A stretch of DNA of 64,000 nucleotides from positions 3,262,852 through 3,326,851 of the forward strand of contig CAWIED010000001.1 of assembly GCA_963835085.1 (NCBI GenBank), written 5' to 3'. The stretch's first letter is position 1; each line of letters begins with the position of its first letter. This stretch comes from an uncultured Actinomycetota bacterium. Lineage in GTDB: Bacteria; Actinomycetota; Actinomycetes; Actinomycetales; CAWJMD01. A program made the position numbers and the translations under genes. The notes beneath the pieces are model-generated. The model searched no databases, was not told the DNA's origin, and was given only the letters and a program-made list of their open reading frames with translations. Positions 26,491 to 36,098 of the stretch are shown piece after piece.

Positions 26491-27512
26491 CGGCCACAGA
26501 CAAGTCGGCCGAGGCGAGCCAGGCCGCGCCTGTCCTGGCTCGGCAACGAGTGGCCTGGCAACTGAAGTTTGCTGCGCTGGCGCTGATCTGGGGTTCGAGC
26601 TTCCTGCTCATCATGGTGGCGTTGCGCTCGTTCGCCCCGCTGCAGGTCACCAGTCTGCGGCTGATAGCCGGCTCGGCGACGCTGTTCGTCCTGCTCAAGG
26701 CCGCTCGAGGACGGCTCCCGCGCGGGCGCCGGGTCTGGCTGCATCTGGCCATCACCGGCCTGTTTCTCGGAGCGCTGCCGTTCACGCTGTTCGCCGTCGC
26801 CGAGACCCGGGTCTCCTCAGCGCTGGCGGGAATCGGCAACGCCACGACTCCGCTGTCGAGCGTGCTGTTCGGGCTCGCCATGCTGCCGGCGTACCGGCTC
26901 GACCGGTTGCGGCTAGCTGCTGTGGGCGTGGGGTTCGCCGGCGTCATCGTGATCCTGCAGCCGTGGCAGGCGGTCGAACGTCCCGACCCGATCGGCTTTG
27001 GTTGCGCGCTCCTCGGCGGAGCGAGCTACGGCCTGGGGTGGACGTTGGTCAAGCGCTACCTCGGCCAGGTCGATGCCGGCGGCCTGGCGCTGCCGGCGGG
27101 CCAGATGCTCGCCGCTGCCACCGAGGTGGCAGTGGTGCTGGTGGGCTGGTGGGCCGTGACGGGCACCGGTTCGACACCGTGGTCGCCGCGCGCCGATGCC
27201 AGCGGCCCGACCGGCCTGTCGTTGCTGGCGGTGCTGGTGCTGGGTGTGCTCGGCACCGGGCTTGCCATGTCTCTGCAGTTCGACGTCGTCCGGGCCACAG
27301 GCCCCACGGTGGCCACCACCGTGACGTACCTGATTCCCGTGGTGGCGGCATGCTTGGGGGTCGCGATGCTGGGTGAGCGGCTACAACCGGCCGAGATCGC
27401 TGGTGCGGCAATCATTCTCGCGTCGGCGGTGGTGATCGGCACGCCGCGCCGGCAGTCTGCTCGGCTGCGGGCTGGAGCTCAGGCCCGGGCGGGGGCGCGC
27501 CGGGTTCGGTAG
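26487..27512 (+). CDS. DMT superfamily transporter (EamA-like)
   Basis: About 10 predicted TM segments. WGSSFLLI and ALPFTLFAVAE are EamA-type repeats. The start overlaps the upstream stop (ATGA). Confidence 0.8.
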   Translation: MTATDKSAEASQAAPVLARQRVAWQLKFAALALIWGSSFLLIMVALRSFAPLQVTSLRLIAGSATLFVLLKAARGRLPRGRRVWLHLAITGLFLGALPFTLFAVAETRVSSALAGIGNATTPLSSVLFGLAMLPAYRLDRLRLAAVGVGFAGVIVILQPWQAVERPDPIGFGCALLGGASYGLGWTLVKRYLGQVDAGGLALPAGQMLAAATEVAVVLVGWWAVTGTGSTPWSPRADASGPTGLSLLAVLVLGVLGTGLAMSLQFDVVRATGPTVATTVTYLIPVVAACLGVAMLGERLQPAEIAGAAIILASAVVIGTPRRQSARLRAGAQARAGARRVR

Positions 27513-28738
27513 AGCACGAACCACACGATGCCTCCGGCGAGCAAACCCCAGAAGGCTCCGCCGATGCCCGCGAAGGCGACTCCCGAGGCGGCCACGAGGA
27601 ACGTCACCGCGGCGGCCTCCCGATGCGCGGTGTCGGCCATCGAGGCGCCGGCCGCGGCGGCGAAGGTCGTGATGAGGGCCAGCCCGGCGACCGCGGCGAT
27701 GAGGCCTGCCGGGGCCACCTGGGAGATCTTGGCGACGAAAGCAGAACACGGACCGAACATCATGTAGGTCACCCCGCAGGCGACCCCCGCGGGCCAGCGC
27801 CGGCGGCGATCGGCGTGCGCCTGCGGGCCTGCGGCCAGCGCCGCCGAGATGGCCGCCAGGTTGATGGCGTGCCCGCCGAGGAAGGCTCCGGCGCTCGTGG
27901 CGGCTCCCGTGTAGATCAAGGGCGGCCCGGTGGGCGGCCGGTAGCCCAGCGAACCGAGCACCGCGAAGCCGGCGATGTTCTGGCTGGTCATCGTGACGAG
28001 GAAGAGGGGCAGCCCTAGGGCGACGAGCGCGCCCGGATCCCACTCGGGGTGTACGAACACCGGCGCCGGCAGAGCCACCGCCCCCATCTGGGAGAACGCT
28101 CCCACCACCGCCATCGCGATCAACGCCGCCGCCAACGCCGCCGGCACCGCCCAGCGCGGTGCCACTCGCAGCACCACGAGCCAGGTCAGCAGTACCGGCG
28201 CGAGCACGGCCGGGGCGTGCACAAGGGCCTGGAACGGCACGACGCACAGCGTCAGGAGCACTCCCGCGAGCATGGCGTTGGCCAGCGTGATGGGAATGGC
28301 ATTGACGAGCCGCCCCAACGGACGCAAAACACCGCAGGCCATCACGAGCACTCCGACGAGGATGAAGGCGCCCACCGCCCCGCCGAAGCCGTGCTCGGGG
28401 GTGGCAGAGGTCGCCAGGAGCGCCGCGCCCGGCGTCGACCAGGCCATGGTGATCGGCATCCGGTAGCGCAGGGAGAACAGCACACAGCCCAGGCCCATCG
28501 TGAGACTGAGCACGGCCAGGCCTGAGGCCGCCTGGGCCGGGTCGGCGCCTACCGCGCGCAACCCGGCCAGTACGACGGCAAACGAGCTCGTCCAGCCGAC
28601 CAATGCCGAGACCACTCCGGCCAGCACCGGCTGCAGCCAGCCGCGGTCGGTCTCTGGCTCTGACGCGGGGTCGTCGATCGAACTCACCGGCTGGCTGGCT
28701 GACACCCGGCACAGAGTAAAGGGCGCGACGGGAAACAA
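27479..28738 (-). CDS. BenE-family benzoate/H+ symporter-like transporter
   Basis: 419-aa polytopic membrane protein with BenE-like segments GWTSSFAVVLAGL and TMTSQNIAG. The 3' end overlaps the EamA gene by 34 bp (convergent). Confidence 0.75.
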   Translation of the reverse strand: MFPVAPFTLCRVSASQPVSSIDDPASEPETDRGWLQPVLAGVVSALVGWTSSFAVVLAGLRAVGADPAQAASGLAVLSLTMGLGCVLFSLRYRMPITMAWSTPGAALLATSATPEHGFGGAVGAFILVGVLVMACGVLRPLGRLVNAIPITLANAMLAGVLLTLCVVPFQALVHAPAVLAPVLLTWLVVLRVAPRWAVPAALAAALIAMAVVGAFSQMGAVALPAPVFVHPEWDPGALVALGLPLFLVTMTSQNIAGFAVLGSLGYRPPTGPPLIYTGAATSAGAFLGGHAINLAAISAALAAGPQAHADRRRRWPAGVACGVTYMMFGPCSAFVAKISQVAPAGLIAAVAGLALITTFAAAAGASMADTAHREAAAVTFLVAASGVAFAGIGGAFWGLLAGGIVWFVLYRTRRAPARA

Positions 28739-28802
28739 GCACAGTGGTCATTTCCTGGCGCACCCTCACCGCACTACCCGGCCAAGGACGCGCAACAAGA
28801 CA

Positions 28803-28831
28803 GGCCGCACCACCCGAAGGGCGGTGCGGCC
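28803..28831 (-). terminator. Intrinsic-terminator-like hairpin after pgm
   Basis: GGCCGCACC(A/G)CCC-gaa-GGGCGGTGCGGCC. On the minus strand it is followed by TGTCTTGTTG. Confidence 0.6.
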
Positions 28832-28860
28832 TGCTGGCGTCTCGGGACAGCCTGTCCTCG

Positions 28861-30504
28861 TCAGGCGCCCAGTGCGGCCGAGACCACCTCACGGGCGGCC
28901 TGCTGCACCTGCGCAAGGTGCTCGGGGCCCTTGAACGACTCGGCGTAGATCTTGTAGACGTCTTCGGTGCCCGAGGGACGGGCGGCGAACCAGGCCGACT
29001 CGGTGACCACTTTGAGGCCCCCGATGGCTGCACCGTTGCCGGGCGCCTTGGTGAGCGTGGCGGTGATCGGCTCGCCGGCCAGCTCGGTGGCGGTGACATC
29101 GGCGGGCGACAGCTTGGCCAGCTTGGCCTTCTGCTCGCGATTGGCAGGTGCGTCGACCCGAGCGTAGGCCGAGGAGCCGAATTTGTCGGTCAGAGCCTTG
29201 TAGTGCTCGCTCGGTGACTTGCCGGTGACGGCCTGGATCTCCGAGGCCAGCAGGCAGAGCAGGATGCCGTCCTTGTCGGTGGTCCACACCGTGCCGTTCT
29301 TGCGCAGGAACGATGCACCCGCCGACTCCTCGCCTCCGAAGCCCACCGAGCCGTCGAGCAGGCCGGGCACGAAGTACTTGAAGCCCACCGGCACCTCGAG
29401 CAGCTTCTTGCCGAGGTCGGCCACCACCCGGTCGATCATGGACGACGACACCAGCGTCTTGCCCACCGCCACCTCGGGACCCCAGCCGTCGCGGTGCGAG
29501 AAGAGGTACTGAATGGCCACGGACAGGTAATGGTTCGGGTTCATCAGGCCACCGTCCGGGGTGACGATGCCGTGCCGGTCGGCGTCGGTGTCGTTGCCCG
29601 TGGCGATCTGGAACGAGTCCTTGTTCTTGATGAGCGACGCCATCGCATTGGGCGAGGAGCAGTCCATCCGGATCTTGCCGTCAGTGTCGAGCGTCATGAA
29701 CCCGAACTGCGGGTCGACCTTCGGGTTCACGACGGTTACGTCGAGACCCAGCCGCTCGCCGATCGCGCCCCAATAGTCGACCGAGGCCCCGCCCATCGGG
29801 TCGGCACCGATGTGTACCCCGGCGGCCCGGATCGCGTCGATGTCGAGGACGTTGACCAGATCGTCGATGTAATGACCCAGGAAGTCGTAGCTGCCGGCGT
29901 GCTCGCGTGCGGTCGCGAAGTCGACGCGCTTGACCTTGCCCACGCCCTCGGCGAGCAGCTCGTTCGCGCGGTCGGCGATCCAGCCGGTGGCGTCGGAGTC
30001 GGCCGGGCCACCATGTGGCGGGTTGTACTTGAAGCCGCCGTCGCGCGGGGGGTTGTGGGAAGGCGTGATGACGATGCCGTCGGCGGCGCCGGCACCGGTC
30101 TTGGTTCCACCATCGTTCAGCCGGAGGATCGCGTGCGAGACGGCGGGGGTGGGGGTATAGCCGTCTGCGGAGTCGACGAGAACCTCGACGTCGTAGGCCG
30201 CCAGCACCTCCAGAGCCGTGCGCCAGGCGGGCTCGGAGAGGGCATGGGTATCGCGGCCCATGAGCAGCGGGCCCGTGGTGCCCTGCCCGGCGCGGTATTC
30301 GCAGATGGCCGCGGTGGTCGCGACGATGTGATCTTCGTTGAACGAGGTAGACAGGCTCGACCCACGGTGTCCGGAGGTGCCGAACACCACCCGCTGACCC
30401 GGATCGTCGAGATCGGGGTGCAGATCGGCATAGGCATCAAGAAGTGCCGAGACGTCTACGAGGTCTTCGGGTTGGGCGGGTTGACCAGCGCGCGGATGTG
30501 CCAT
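28861..30504 (-). CDS. pgm: Phosphoglucomutase, alpha-D-glucose phosphate-specific
   Basis: Active-site [19 protein letters not shown]. Start set at ATG 30504 ([15 protein letters not shown]) with a GAAAGGA SD. The track ORF extends a further 75 codons upstream. Confidence 0.9.
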   Translation of the reverse strand: MAHPRAGQPAQPEDLVDVSALLDAYADLHPDLDDPGQRVVFGTSGHRGSSLSTSFNEDHIVATTAAICEYRAGQGTTGPLLMGRDTHALSEPAWRTALEVLAAYDVEVLVDSADGYTPTPAVSHAILRLNDGGTKTGAGAADGIVITPSHNPPRDGGFKYNPPHGGPADSDATGWIADRANELLAEGVGKVKRVDFATAREHAGSYDFLGHYIDDLVNVLDIDAIRAAGVHIGADPMGGASVDYWGAIGERLGLDVTVVNPKVDPQFGFMTLDTDGKIRMDCSSPNAMASLIKNKDSFQIATGNDTDADRHGIVTPDGGLMNPNHYLSVAIQYLFSHRDGWGPEVAVGKTLVSSSMIDRVVADLGKKLLEVPVGFKYFVPGLLDGSVGFGGEESAGASFLRKNGTVWTTDKDGILLCLLASEIQAVTGKSPSEHYKALTDKFGSSAYARVDAPANREQKAKLAKLSPADVTATELAGEPITATLTKAPGNGAAIGGLKVVTESAWFAARPSGTEDVYKIYAESFKGPEHLAQVQQAAREVVSAALGA

Positions 30505-30659
30505 GGTGCGAATCCTTTCACTGCCGCCTAGGTGGCGGCGTGGTGTGTCTGAGCCAAACTCTCCGCCGAGACTGTGGAGCAACTGTCGGCCGAACGCAAG
30601 GTCGGCAACGGCTCCTGGCACGAGTCGATCACACCGCCATACGACCGAAAAGCGTCTCT

Positions 30660-30668
30660 TGCTATAAT
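30660..30668 (+). promoter_or_regulatory. Extended -10 promoter element TGCTATAAT
   Basis: A perfect TATAAT (30663-30668) with an upstream TG, in the 559-bp pgm/bldC intergenic region. It would give a leader or separate transcript of about 390 nt before bldC. Confidence 0.45.
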
Positions 30669-31063
30669 CGTTCGAATTGCGATTCGCCCACCACTCTGAG
30701 TAATCGACACAGGTGTGAACGAGTGACATCGAGGGGTAATTGAGGCCTCAAGCAACCCAACCGGACTACCCGCGGGTAGCCGCGGCGTGCCGACCGGCCA
30801 GCCCTGGCTGAAAAGGCCGGTGCGGACATCTACCCTGACACAATGACGTGGCAAGGTCGCATTCGCGGTGGGGGACAACGGGCATCCGGGCCCGTTGCCC
30901 GCGCGCACGTGCTCCAGCGCCCCGGCAACGGAGTAGTCCACCCCGCTGGACAGACTGAGCTGGCAGGAACAGTGCATCGCGAGGCTGCTCGTACGTACTC
31001 GTCTTGGGCTCAATCCAGCCGTGCTACAACCAAAATTGAGCACGAAAACGAAACGGAGAACCA

Positions 31064-31288
31064 ATGAGCACGCGCGCAAACGACAACGAGCGACTGCTAA
31101 CCCCGGGCGAGGTCGCGGACATGTTCCGGGTCAGCCCGAAGACCGTCGCCCGCTGGGCATCAGCCGGCAAGATCACCGCCGTTCGCACGCTCGGTGGCCA
31201 CCGCCGCTACCGCGAGTCGGAGGCCCTGGCACTGCTGGCGCACAGCACCAGCGAAGCCAGCGATGAGATGCCCACTCGGGATATCTGA
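31064..31288 (+). CDS. bldC: BldC-type small MerR-like DNA-binding developmental regulator
   Basis: LLTPGEVADMFRVSPKTVARWASAGKITAVRTLGGHRRYRESE closely matches the Streptomyces BldC sequence as I recall it. Confidence 0.85.
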   Translation: MSTRANDNERLLTPGEVADMFRVSPKTVARWASAGKITAVRTLGGHRRYRESEALALLAHSTSEASDEMPTRDI

Positions 31289-31300
31289 GACACTTTCGGC

Positions 31301-32206
31301 ATGAATCGGACGCTCGAACAGGCCGGCTGGACTCACACCTACTCCGGCAAGGTGCGTGACTTGTTCGTCCGATCGGATGAGCCCGAATGGGTGTTAGTGG
31401 TCGCGAGCGATCGGGTCAGTGCTTTCGACCACATCTTATCGACGCCCATCCCGGACAAGGGTCGAATCCTCACGGCGATGTCGTTGTGGTGGTTTGACCG
31501 GTTGGCCGATGCGGTCACGGTCGGAGGCCGCCCGCTGACCAACCACGTGCTGTCGCTCGACGTGCCTGACGAGCTCGCCGGGCGCGCCATGATCTGCCGG
31601 CGACTCGACATGATTCCGGTGGAATGCGTGGCTCGGGGATATCTGACCGGGTCGGGTCTTTCAGACTACCGGGCCACCGGCGAGATCTGCGGAGTGCGGC
31701 TTGGTCCCGGGCTGGTCGACGGCTCCCGGTTGCCCGAACCGATCTTCACGCCGGCCAGCAAGGCCGCGCTGGGAGAGCATGACGAGAACGTCAGTCTCGG
31801 CCAGGTTGCGGCTGCGGTGGGTGTCTCCGTGGCCGACGACCTGCGCGAGGCCACGTTGGACGTCTACCGGGCGGCGGAGGTGATCGCGAGACAGGCCGGC
31901 ATCATCCTCGCCGACACCAAGCTCGAGTTCGGGACGGTGCCCGGCGGCGACGGCCGGCTTGTGCTCGCCGACGAGGTGCTGACTCCGGACTCGTCCCGGT
32001 ACTGGCCGGCCGAGAGTTGGCAGCCTGGCCAGGCCCAAGCCAGCTTCGACAAGCAGTTCGTCCGAGACTGGCTGACGAGCCCGGCCTCAGGGTGGGACCG
32101 GGGCGGCACCGAGCCGCCTCCGGCACTGCCCGACGAGGTGGTCGAACGCACCAGAGACCGCTACCTGGAGGCTTACCGCCGGCTCACCGGTCAGGCCTGG
32201 CGTTAG
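31301..32206 (+). CDS. purC: Phosphoribosylaminoimidazole-succinocarboxamide (SAICAR) synthase
   Basis: YSGKVRDLF, ASDRVSAFD, ILADTKLEFG and FDKQFVRDWL motifs. Confidence 0.9.
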   Translation: MNRTLEQAGWTHTYSGKVRDLFVRSDEPEWVLVVASDRVSAFDHILSTPIPDKGRILTAMSLWWFDRLADAVTVGGRPLTNHVLSLDVPDELAGRAMICRRLDMIPVECVARGYLTGSGLSDYRATGEICGVRLGPGLVDGSRLPEPIFTPASKAALGEHDENVSLGQVAAAVGVSVADDLREATLDVYRAAEVIARQAGIILADTKLEFGTVPGGDGRLVLADEVLTPDSSRYWPAESWQPGQAQASFDKQFVRDWLTSPASGWDRGGTEPPPALPDEVVERTRDRYLEAYRRLTGQAWR

Positions 32207-32286
32207 GCCGTCGCTTCCTGGATCGGGCGCCTGACCCTCAAGGACTCTCGGCCTCGTGCCGATCCGACCGTGACGAACGGCGGTGA

Positions 32287-35064
32287 ATGAGGACGGGGCA
32301 GAAGGTCGTGCAACAGGGTGACAGGCTGACGGCGCTTCACCTCCGGTTGGAGGATGCCCTGCTGTGCGCCGATCCCGCCCGGGCCGCGGGCCTGGTGCTG
32401 CCCATCCCGCTCGACCGTCGGGAGGCCACGTTCAGACCCACCTTCGCCCGGGTGCAGGGCACCCTGGCCGACTACCCCACCAGCGTGCACGCCGCGCTGC
32501 TTCTGATCCGGGCGATGGCGAGCACCGACGCCGCCCAGGCGGCCGCCGAACTGGGTGAGCAGGACGCGGCCGGCCTCGACCAGCGCGTGCTCACCCTCGC
32601 ACTGGCCGACCGGTTGCCCACCTGGATCGCCGAGCTCATCTGGCATCTGGGCGAGGAGGTCTGCGACGCCGCCGATCACCGGCTCGTCACCATCGAGACC
32701 CTGTGCGTGGAGTGGGGGCTCCCGCGACCCAGCGCGCCCGACTACCTGTTCGCCCTCGTGTCGGCACTCGGCGACGCTGACGCCTCCCACGGTGGGGGCG
32801 CACTCGCCGCCCTGCTGTCGGCCGACCCCGGCCTCTGCGAGCTCATCCCCGATCTGCTCGCTGCCCCCGGAGTAGGCCGGGTGTTCGCGCGCGGCAGCTG
32901 GGCACAGGCCATCGCCGAGGTGAGCTCAGCAGGACTCATCGACCGCGACAGCCTGCTCGATCTGACCTTGATCCATCGCACCAGCGACGAACTCGACCAT
33001 CAGCGCTGGTTCCACGAGCTGCACCGCGAACTCGATCCCAGCGACGCCGAGATGATGGCGCGCTCCGACGCCTATCTGCGGCTGCTCGCCGATCCGCAGC
33101 CAGAGGTCAAGGCCGCAGTGATTGCCGGCCTCTACCAACGCGACGCCCGCCGGCCACTGCCACTCGACCTCGTCACTCAGGCGACTTCGATCATCCTCGA
33201 GGCCGGTAGCAGCGCCATGGTCAAGGCGCACCTCGCCTGGCTGAAGGGTGCAGCCCAGCGCCATCCCGGCAGCGCAGGGTCGCTCGCGCTCGCCCTCAGC
33301 GAAGCCTTCGGCTCCGCCGACCAGACGCTGGTAACCGGCAGTCTCGACGCGGTGCTGGCCATCCTGGACGTGGCCGACATCGACGTCATCGAGGGCATCG
33401 CTGAGCCCCTACGGCAAGCGGCTAGCCAGCTTCCGCCGGTCTTGGCTGAGCGGGCCGTCCGAGCCTGGGGCCCACTGGCCACTGCCGGCACCGGCCGTTC
33501 GGCCAGGCGCCAGGCGGATACGCCAGCCATCGGCACCACCTCGAGCACGGCAGCAGGAGCGGCCTGCTCGAACGAGCTGGCCGCGGCGACGGCACCGATC
33601 ACAGCGCGCCTGGAGGCGCCCCGGCACAAAGCTCCGCGGCCGGCCTTCGTCCGACCGGACTCCGCCCCGGGGCGAGCACGCACGCTGCCCGAACTGGCGG
33701 CGGCGGCCGAGGCCTTCCTCGTGGAACTCGACCCCCAGCTCGGCGAGGTCGTCCTCGACGCAGTGGCGGCCCTGGCCGGCCGCGATCTCGGGGCCACCCG
33801 CGCCGCCCTGGCCGGGTTGCACGGTCTGCTCGCCGACGCCGTCCAGGCCGGCGACCAGGCCGAGCCGGCCCTATGGCTGGGCGAGCGGCCGGTGCTGGCC
33901 GTGCTCGCCCGCCTCGCGCTGCCGGCCGACCACGCCGTGCACGGCTACGCGTGGCGCACTCCACCGGGCCCTATCGGCTGCCTCACCATGCGGGCACAGG
34001 AAGTACTGAGCCGGGCCCTTGCGGGAGGCACCCAGGAGCTGCTGGCGCTACCGACTGAGGCGAGCGGGGAGATCAGCCCCGAGGCTCTCGTCCAGCGAAT
34101 CGCGGCCGCGGCCGAAACCGGTTCTGCCGCCTGGCCCATGGACGTCGAGCAGGCTTTGCTGCGGGCACACCGCGATCTCGACAATGCCACCCTGACCGAA
34201 GTGGTCTCGGCTCTCGCCCGGATCAACTCCCGATTGGCCCGCTCGGTCGAGCGCAGACTGCGGCTCGGCGTGCTGGCCAGGCCCGCCATCAAAGTGGGCT
34301 TCGAAGCAGGCAGGCCCCGGGTCATCGCCTCCACACTGACGCGCCAGCAAGACGGCCAGCTGACCCGACAGGCCTTCGATCTCTCGCTGGTGTCGAGTTA
34401 CGCGGTGGAGGGCTCGGCGCTGGTGGCGCTGATGGCGTTGCCGCACCATAGAGAGGTCACCTCGGCCTACCTGATCGGGCCGCTCTGCGCGTCCGAACGC
34501 CGCCAGCTCATCCAGAACCTGCGCGCTCTGTCGCTGCTGGGCGACGCCCGCGGGCGTACCGGCGACGCCACCGCCGCGGCACTGCTGTTCGGCGCCTGCC
34601 TGCATGCCCCTGAAGACCGCTCAGCCGCAGTGGCCGCACTGTGCCGGTTGACGGAGGACTGGTTCGACGCCCAAGCCTGCGGCCGCCTGTGGGCCACCGC
34701 GATCGACGCCTGCCCCTGGCTCGACCTCACGAAGCTGGCCGCCACCCTGCGCGACGTGGTGCGCCAGACGAGCGATCCGAGGCTGGTCTGGGCGCTCCTG
34801 CATGCACTGCTCGACGTCCTTGGTGACACCAACCCGTCCGATGACACCAAGCGGGCCGATGACAACGAGCGGACCGATGATTACGAGCGGACCGATGATT
34901 GCGAGCGGGCCGGTATCGCCGAGCTTCGCGAGATCGAGCGCAGCACCGCTGAGTTGACCGGGGTGCGCTTCGGACGCCTCCCGGTGCCCAAACAGGCAGT
35001 CCCGGTGCAGACGGCACCCGGGCAGGTCCTCCGGCCGGAGGCCATCAGCCTTGGCCAAGCCTGA
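32287..35064 (+). CDS. Large (925 aa) hypothetical all-alpha, Ala/Leu-rich protein
   Basis: One long ORF with consistent codon usage. I recognise no catalytic or nucleotide-binding motif. Possibly related to large actinobacterial DUF proteins usually found next to SWIM-domain genes (recollection only). Confidence 0.6.
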   Translation: MRTGQKVVQQGDRLTALHLRLEDALLCADPARAAGLVLPIPLDRREATFRPTFARVQGTLADYPTSVHAALLLIRAMASTDAAQAAAELGEQDAAGLDQRVLTLALADRLPTWIAELIWHLGEEVCDAADHRLVTIETLCVEWGLPRPSAPDYLFALVSALGDADASHGGGALAALLSADPGLCELIPDLLAAPGVGRVFARGSWAQAIAEVSSAGLIDRDSLLDLTLIHRTSDELDHQRWFHELHRELDPSDAEMMARSDAYLRLLADPQPEVKAAVIAGLYQRDARRPLPLDLVTQATSIILEAGSSAMVKAHLAWLKGAAQRHPGSAGSLALALSEAFGSADQTLVTGSLDAVLAILDVADIDVIEGIAEPLRQAASQLPPVLAERAVRAWGPLATAGTGRSARRQADTPAIGTTSSTAAGAACSNELAAATAPITARLEAPRHKAPRPAFVRPDSAPGRARTLPELAAAAEAFLVELDPQLGEVVLDAVAALAGRDLGATRAALAGLHGLLADAVQAGDQAEPALWLGERPVLAVLARLALPADHAVHGYAWRTPPGPIGCLTMRAQEVLSRALAGGTQELLALPTEASGEISPEALVQRIAAAAETGSAAWPMDVEQALLRAHRDLDNATLTEVVSALARINSRLARSVERRLRLGVLARPAIKVGFEAGRPRVIASTLTRQQDGQLTRQAFDLSLVSSYAVEGSALVALMALPHHREVTSAYLIGPLCASERRQLIQNLRALSLLGDARGRTGDATAAALLFGACLHAPEDRSAAVAALCRLTEDWFDAQACGRLWATAIDACPWLDLTKLAATLRDVVRQTSDPRLVWALLHALLDVLGDTNPSDDTKRADDNERTDDYERTDDCERAGIAELREIERSTAELTGVRFGRLPVPKQAVPVQTAPGQVLRPEAISLGQA
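34840..34911 (+). repeat. In-frame 18-bp tandem repeat x4 (DDTKRA/DDNERT/DDYERT/DDCERA)
   Basis: GATGACACCAAGCGGGCC, GATGACAACGAGCGGACC, GATGATTACGAGCGGACC, GATGATTGCGAGCGGGCC. Confidence 0.9.
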
Positions 35065-35156
35065 ACTGCTCAGCTGGGCCAGCCGTCCGGCCCTTGCCGT
35101 GCCATTCGCAGCGAGGTGCGCGGCGCAGGGCTACCTGGCAGCGTGAGACCGCGGCC

Positions 35157-35798
35157 TCAGGGCGCGACCTCCTGACGCCCTGCCCCGGCAAGATCGGTGA
35201 CAGCCGCATTGCCCAGGGCGGTGAGCTGCCTCAGGTACAACGCGCGGCCGATCTGGGAGAGCAGCGCATCGTGGATCGGCACGACCACACCGGGCGCCAC
35301 GGCCCGAGTGAACTCGACCGTCTCCTTGAACGCACACCAGGGCGCATTGAGCGGGACGGCGAGCACATCGACCCCCGAGGGTGCGTACTCGTAGGCATCA
35401 CCCGGGTGAAACAGCGTGGGCTCGCCGCTGGCCGCCACCACGACACCGAGATTGCCCACTCGAGGGATGTCGGCGTGGATCACCGCATGCCGGCCGCCCA
35501 CCGGGGTGATGGTGACGCCGCCGAGGTCGAGCGACGCACCGGCGACGCTGGCCCGTGCGGAGCCACCCACCAACTCGACGGCAGCCGGTTCGGCGAGCAC
35601 CGCCGCCTGCGGGTTGGCGGCCACGAGGGCAGGGACGTTGGCCGGATCGATGTGATCGGGATGCTGATGGGTCACCACGATGGCATCGAGGTCGGTGACC
35701 GCGTGCCAGTCGGTGGAGAAGGCGCCGGGGTCGATCAGGATGCGTTTGCCGCCGGTCTCGACGAGCAGGCACGAATGGCCAAGGTGCGTCAACTGCAT
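35157..35798 (-). CDS. MBL-fold metallo-hydrolase
   Basis: MQLTHLGHSCLLVETGGKRILIDPG and VVTHQHPDHID (HxHxDH). Start set at ATG 35798. Confidence 0.8.
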   Translation of the reverse strand: MQLTHLGHSCLLVETGGKRILIDPGAFSTDWHAVTDLDAIVVTHQHPDHIDPANVPALVAANPQAAVLAEPAAVELVGGSARASVAGASLDLGGVTITPVGGRHAVIHADIPRVGNLGVVVAASGEPTLFHPGDAYEYAPSGVDVLAVPLNAPWCAFKETVEFTRAVAPGVVVPIHDALLSQIGRALYLRQLTALGNAAVTDLAGAGRQEVAP

Positions 35799-36098
35799 GG
35801 TTCCAACATGCCACGAGCAACCCGCGACCGTGCGAATGCGGTGCGCCTGGATACCGTGCCCGGTCCAGGGCTCGTGCCCACTCAGCGGCTGGCGAGCATC
35901 GAGCAAGGTCACGAGCTGCATGTCGGATGATCTGTCCGGAGCTCGTGCCCTAGGAGCGGCTGGCGACGATGCTTGCCGCGCCGGAAGTGCACGAGCGACT
36001 GAGTGCGTACGACTCGCCTAAACGGCCGAAGCGGGCATTATTGACTTGCCGAGTGTCGGCAACTAGCGCCGCAGTCGTCCGAGGGTCACGATGGACGG

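Noticed and set aside
27381-29099. 572-aa minus-strand ORF spanning the BenE region and the pgm 3' end.
   Set aside because: It is an off-frame overlap of the BenE-type transporter gene. The Arg/Pro/Gly-rich translation crosses the intergenic terminator hairpin.
32203-32790. 195-aa minus-strand ORF overlapping the purC 3' end and the start of the 925-aa gene.
   Set aside because: It lies antisense to a long, consistently coding plus-strand ORF. It has no motif, and its composition is typical of an off-strand frame.
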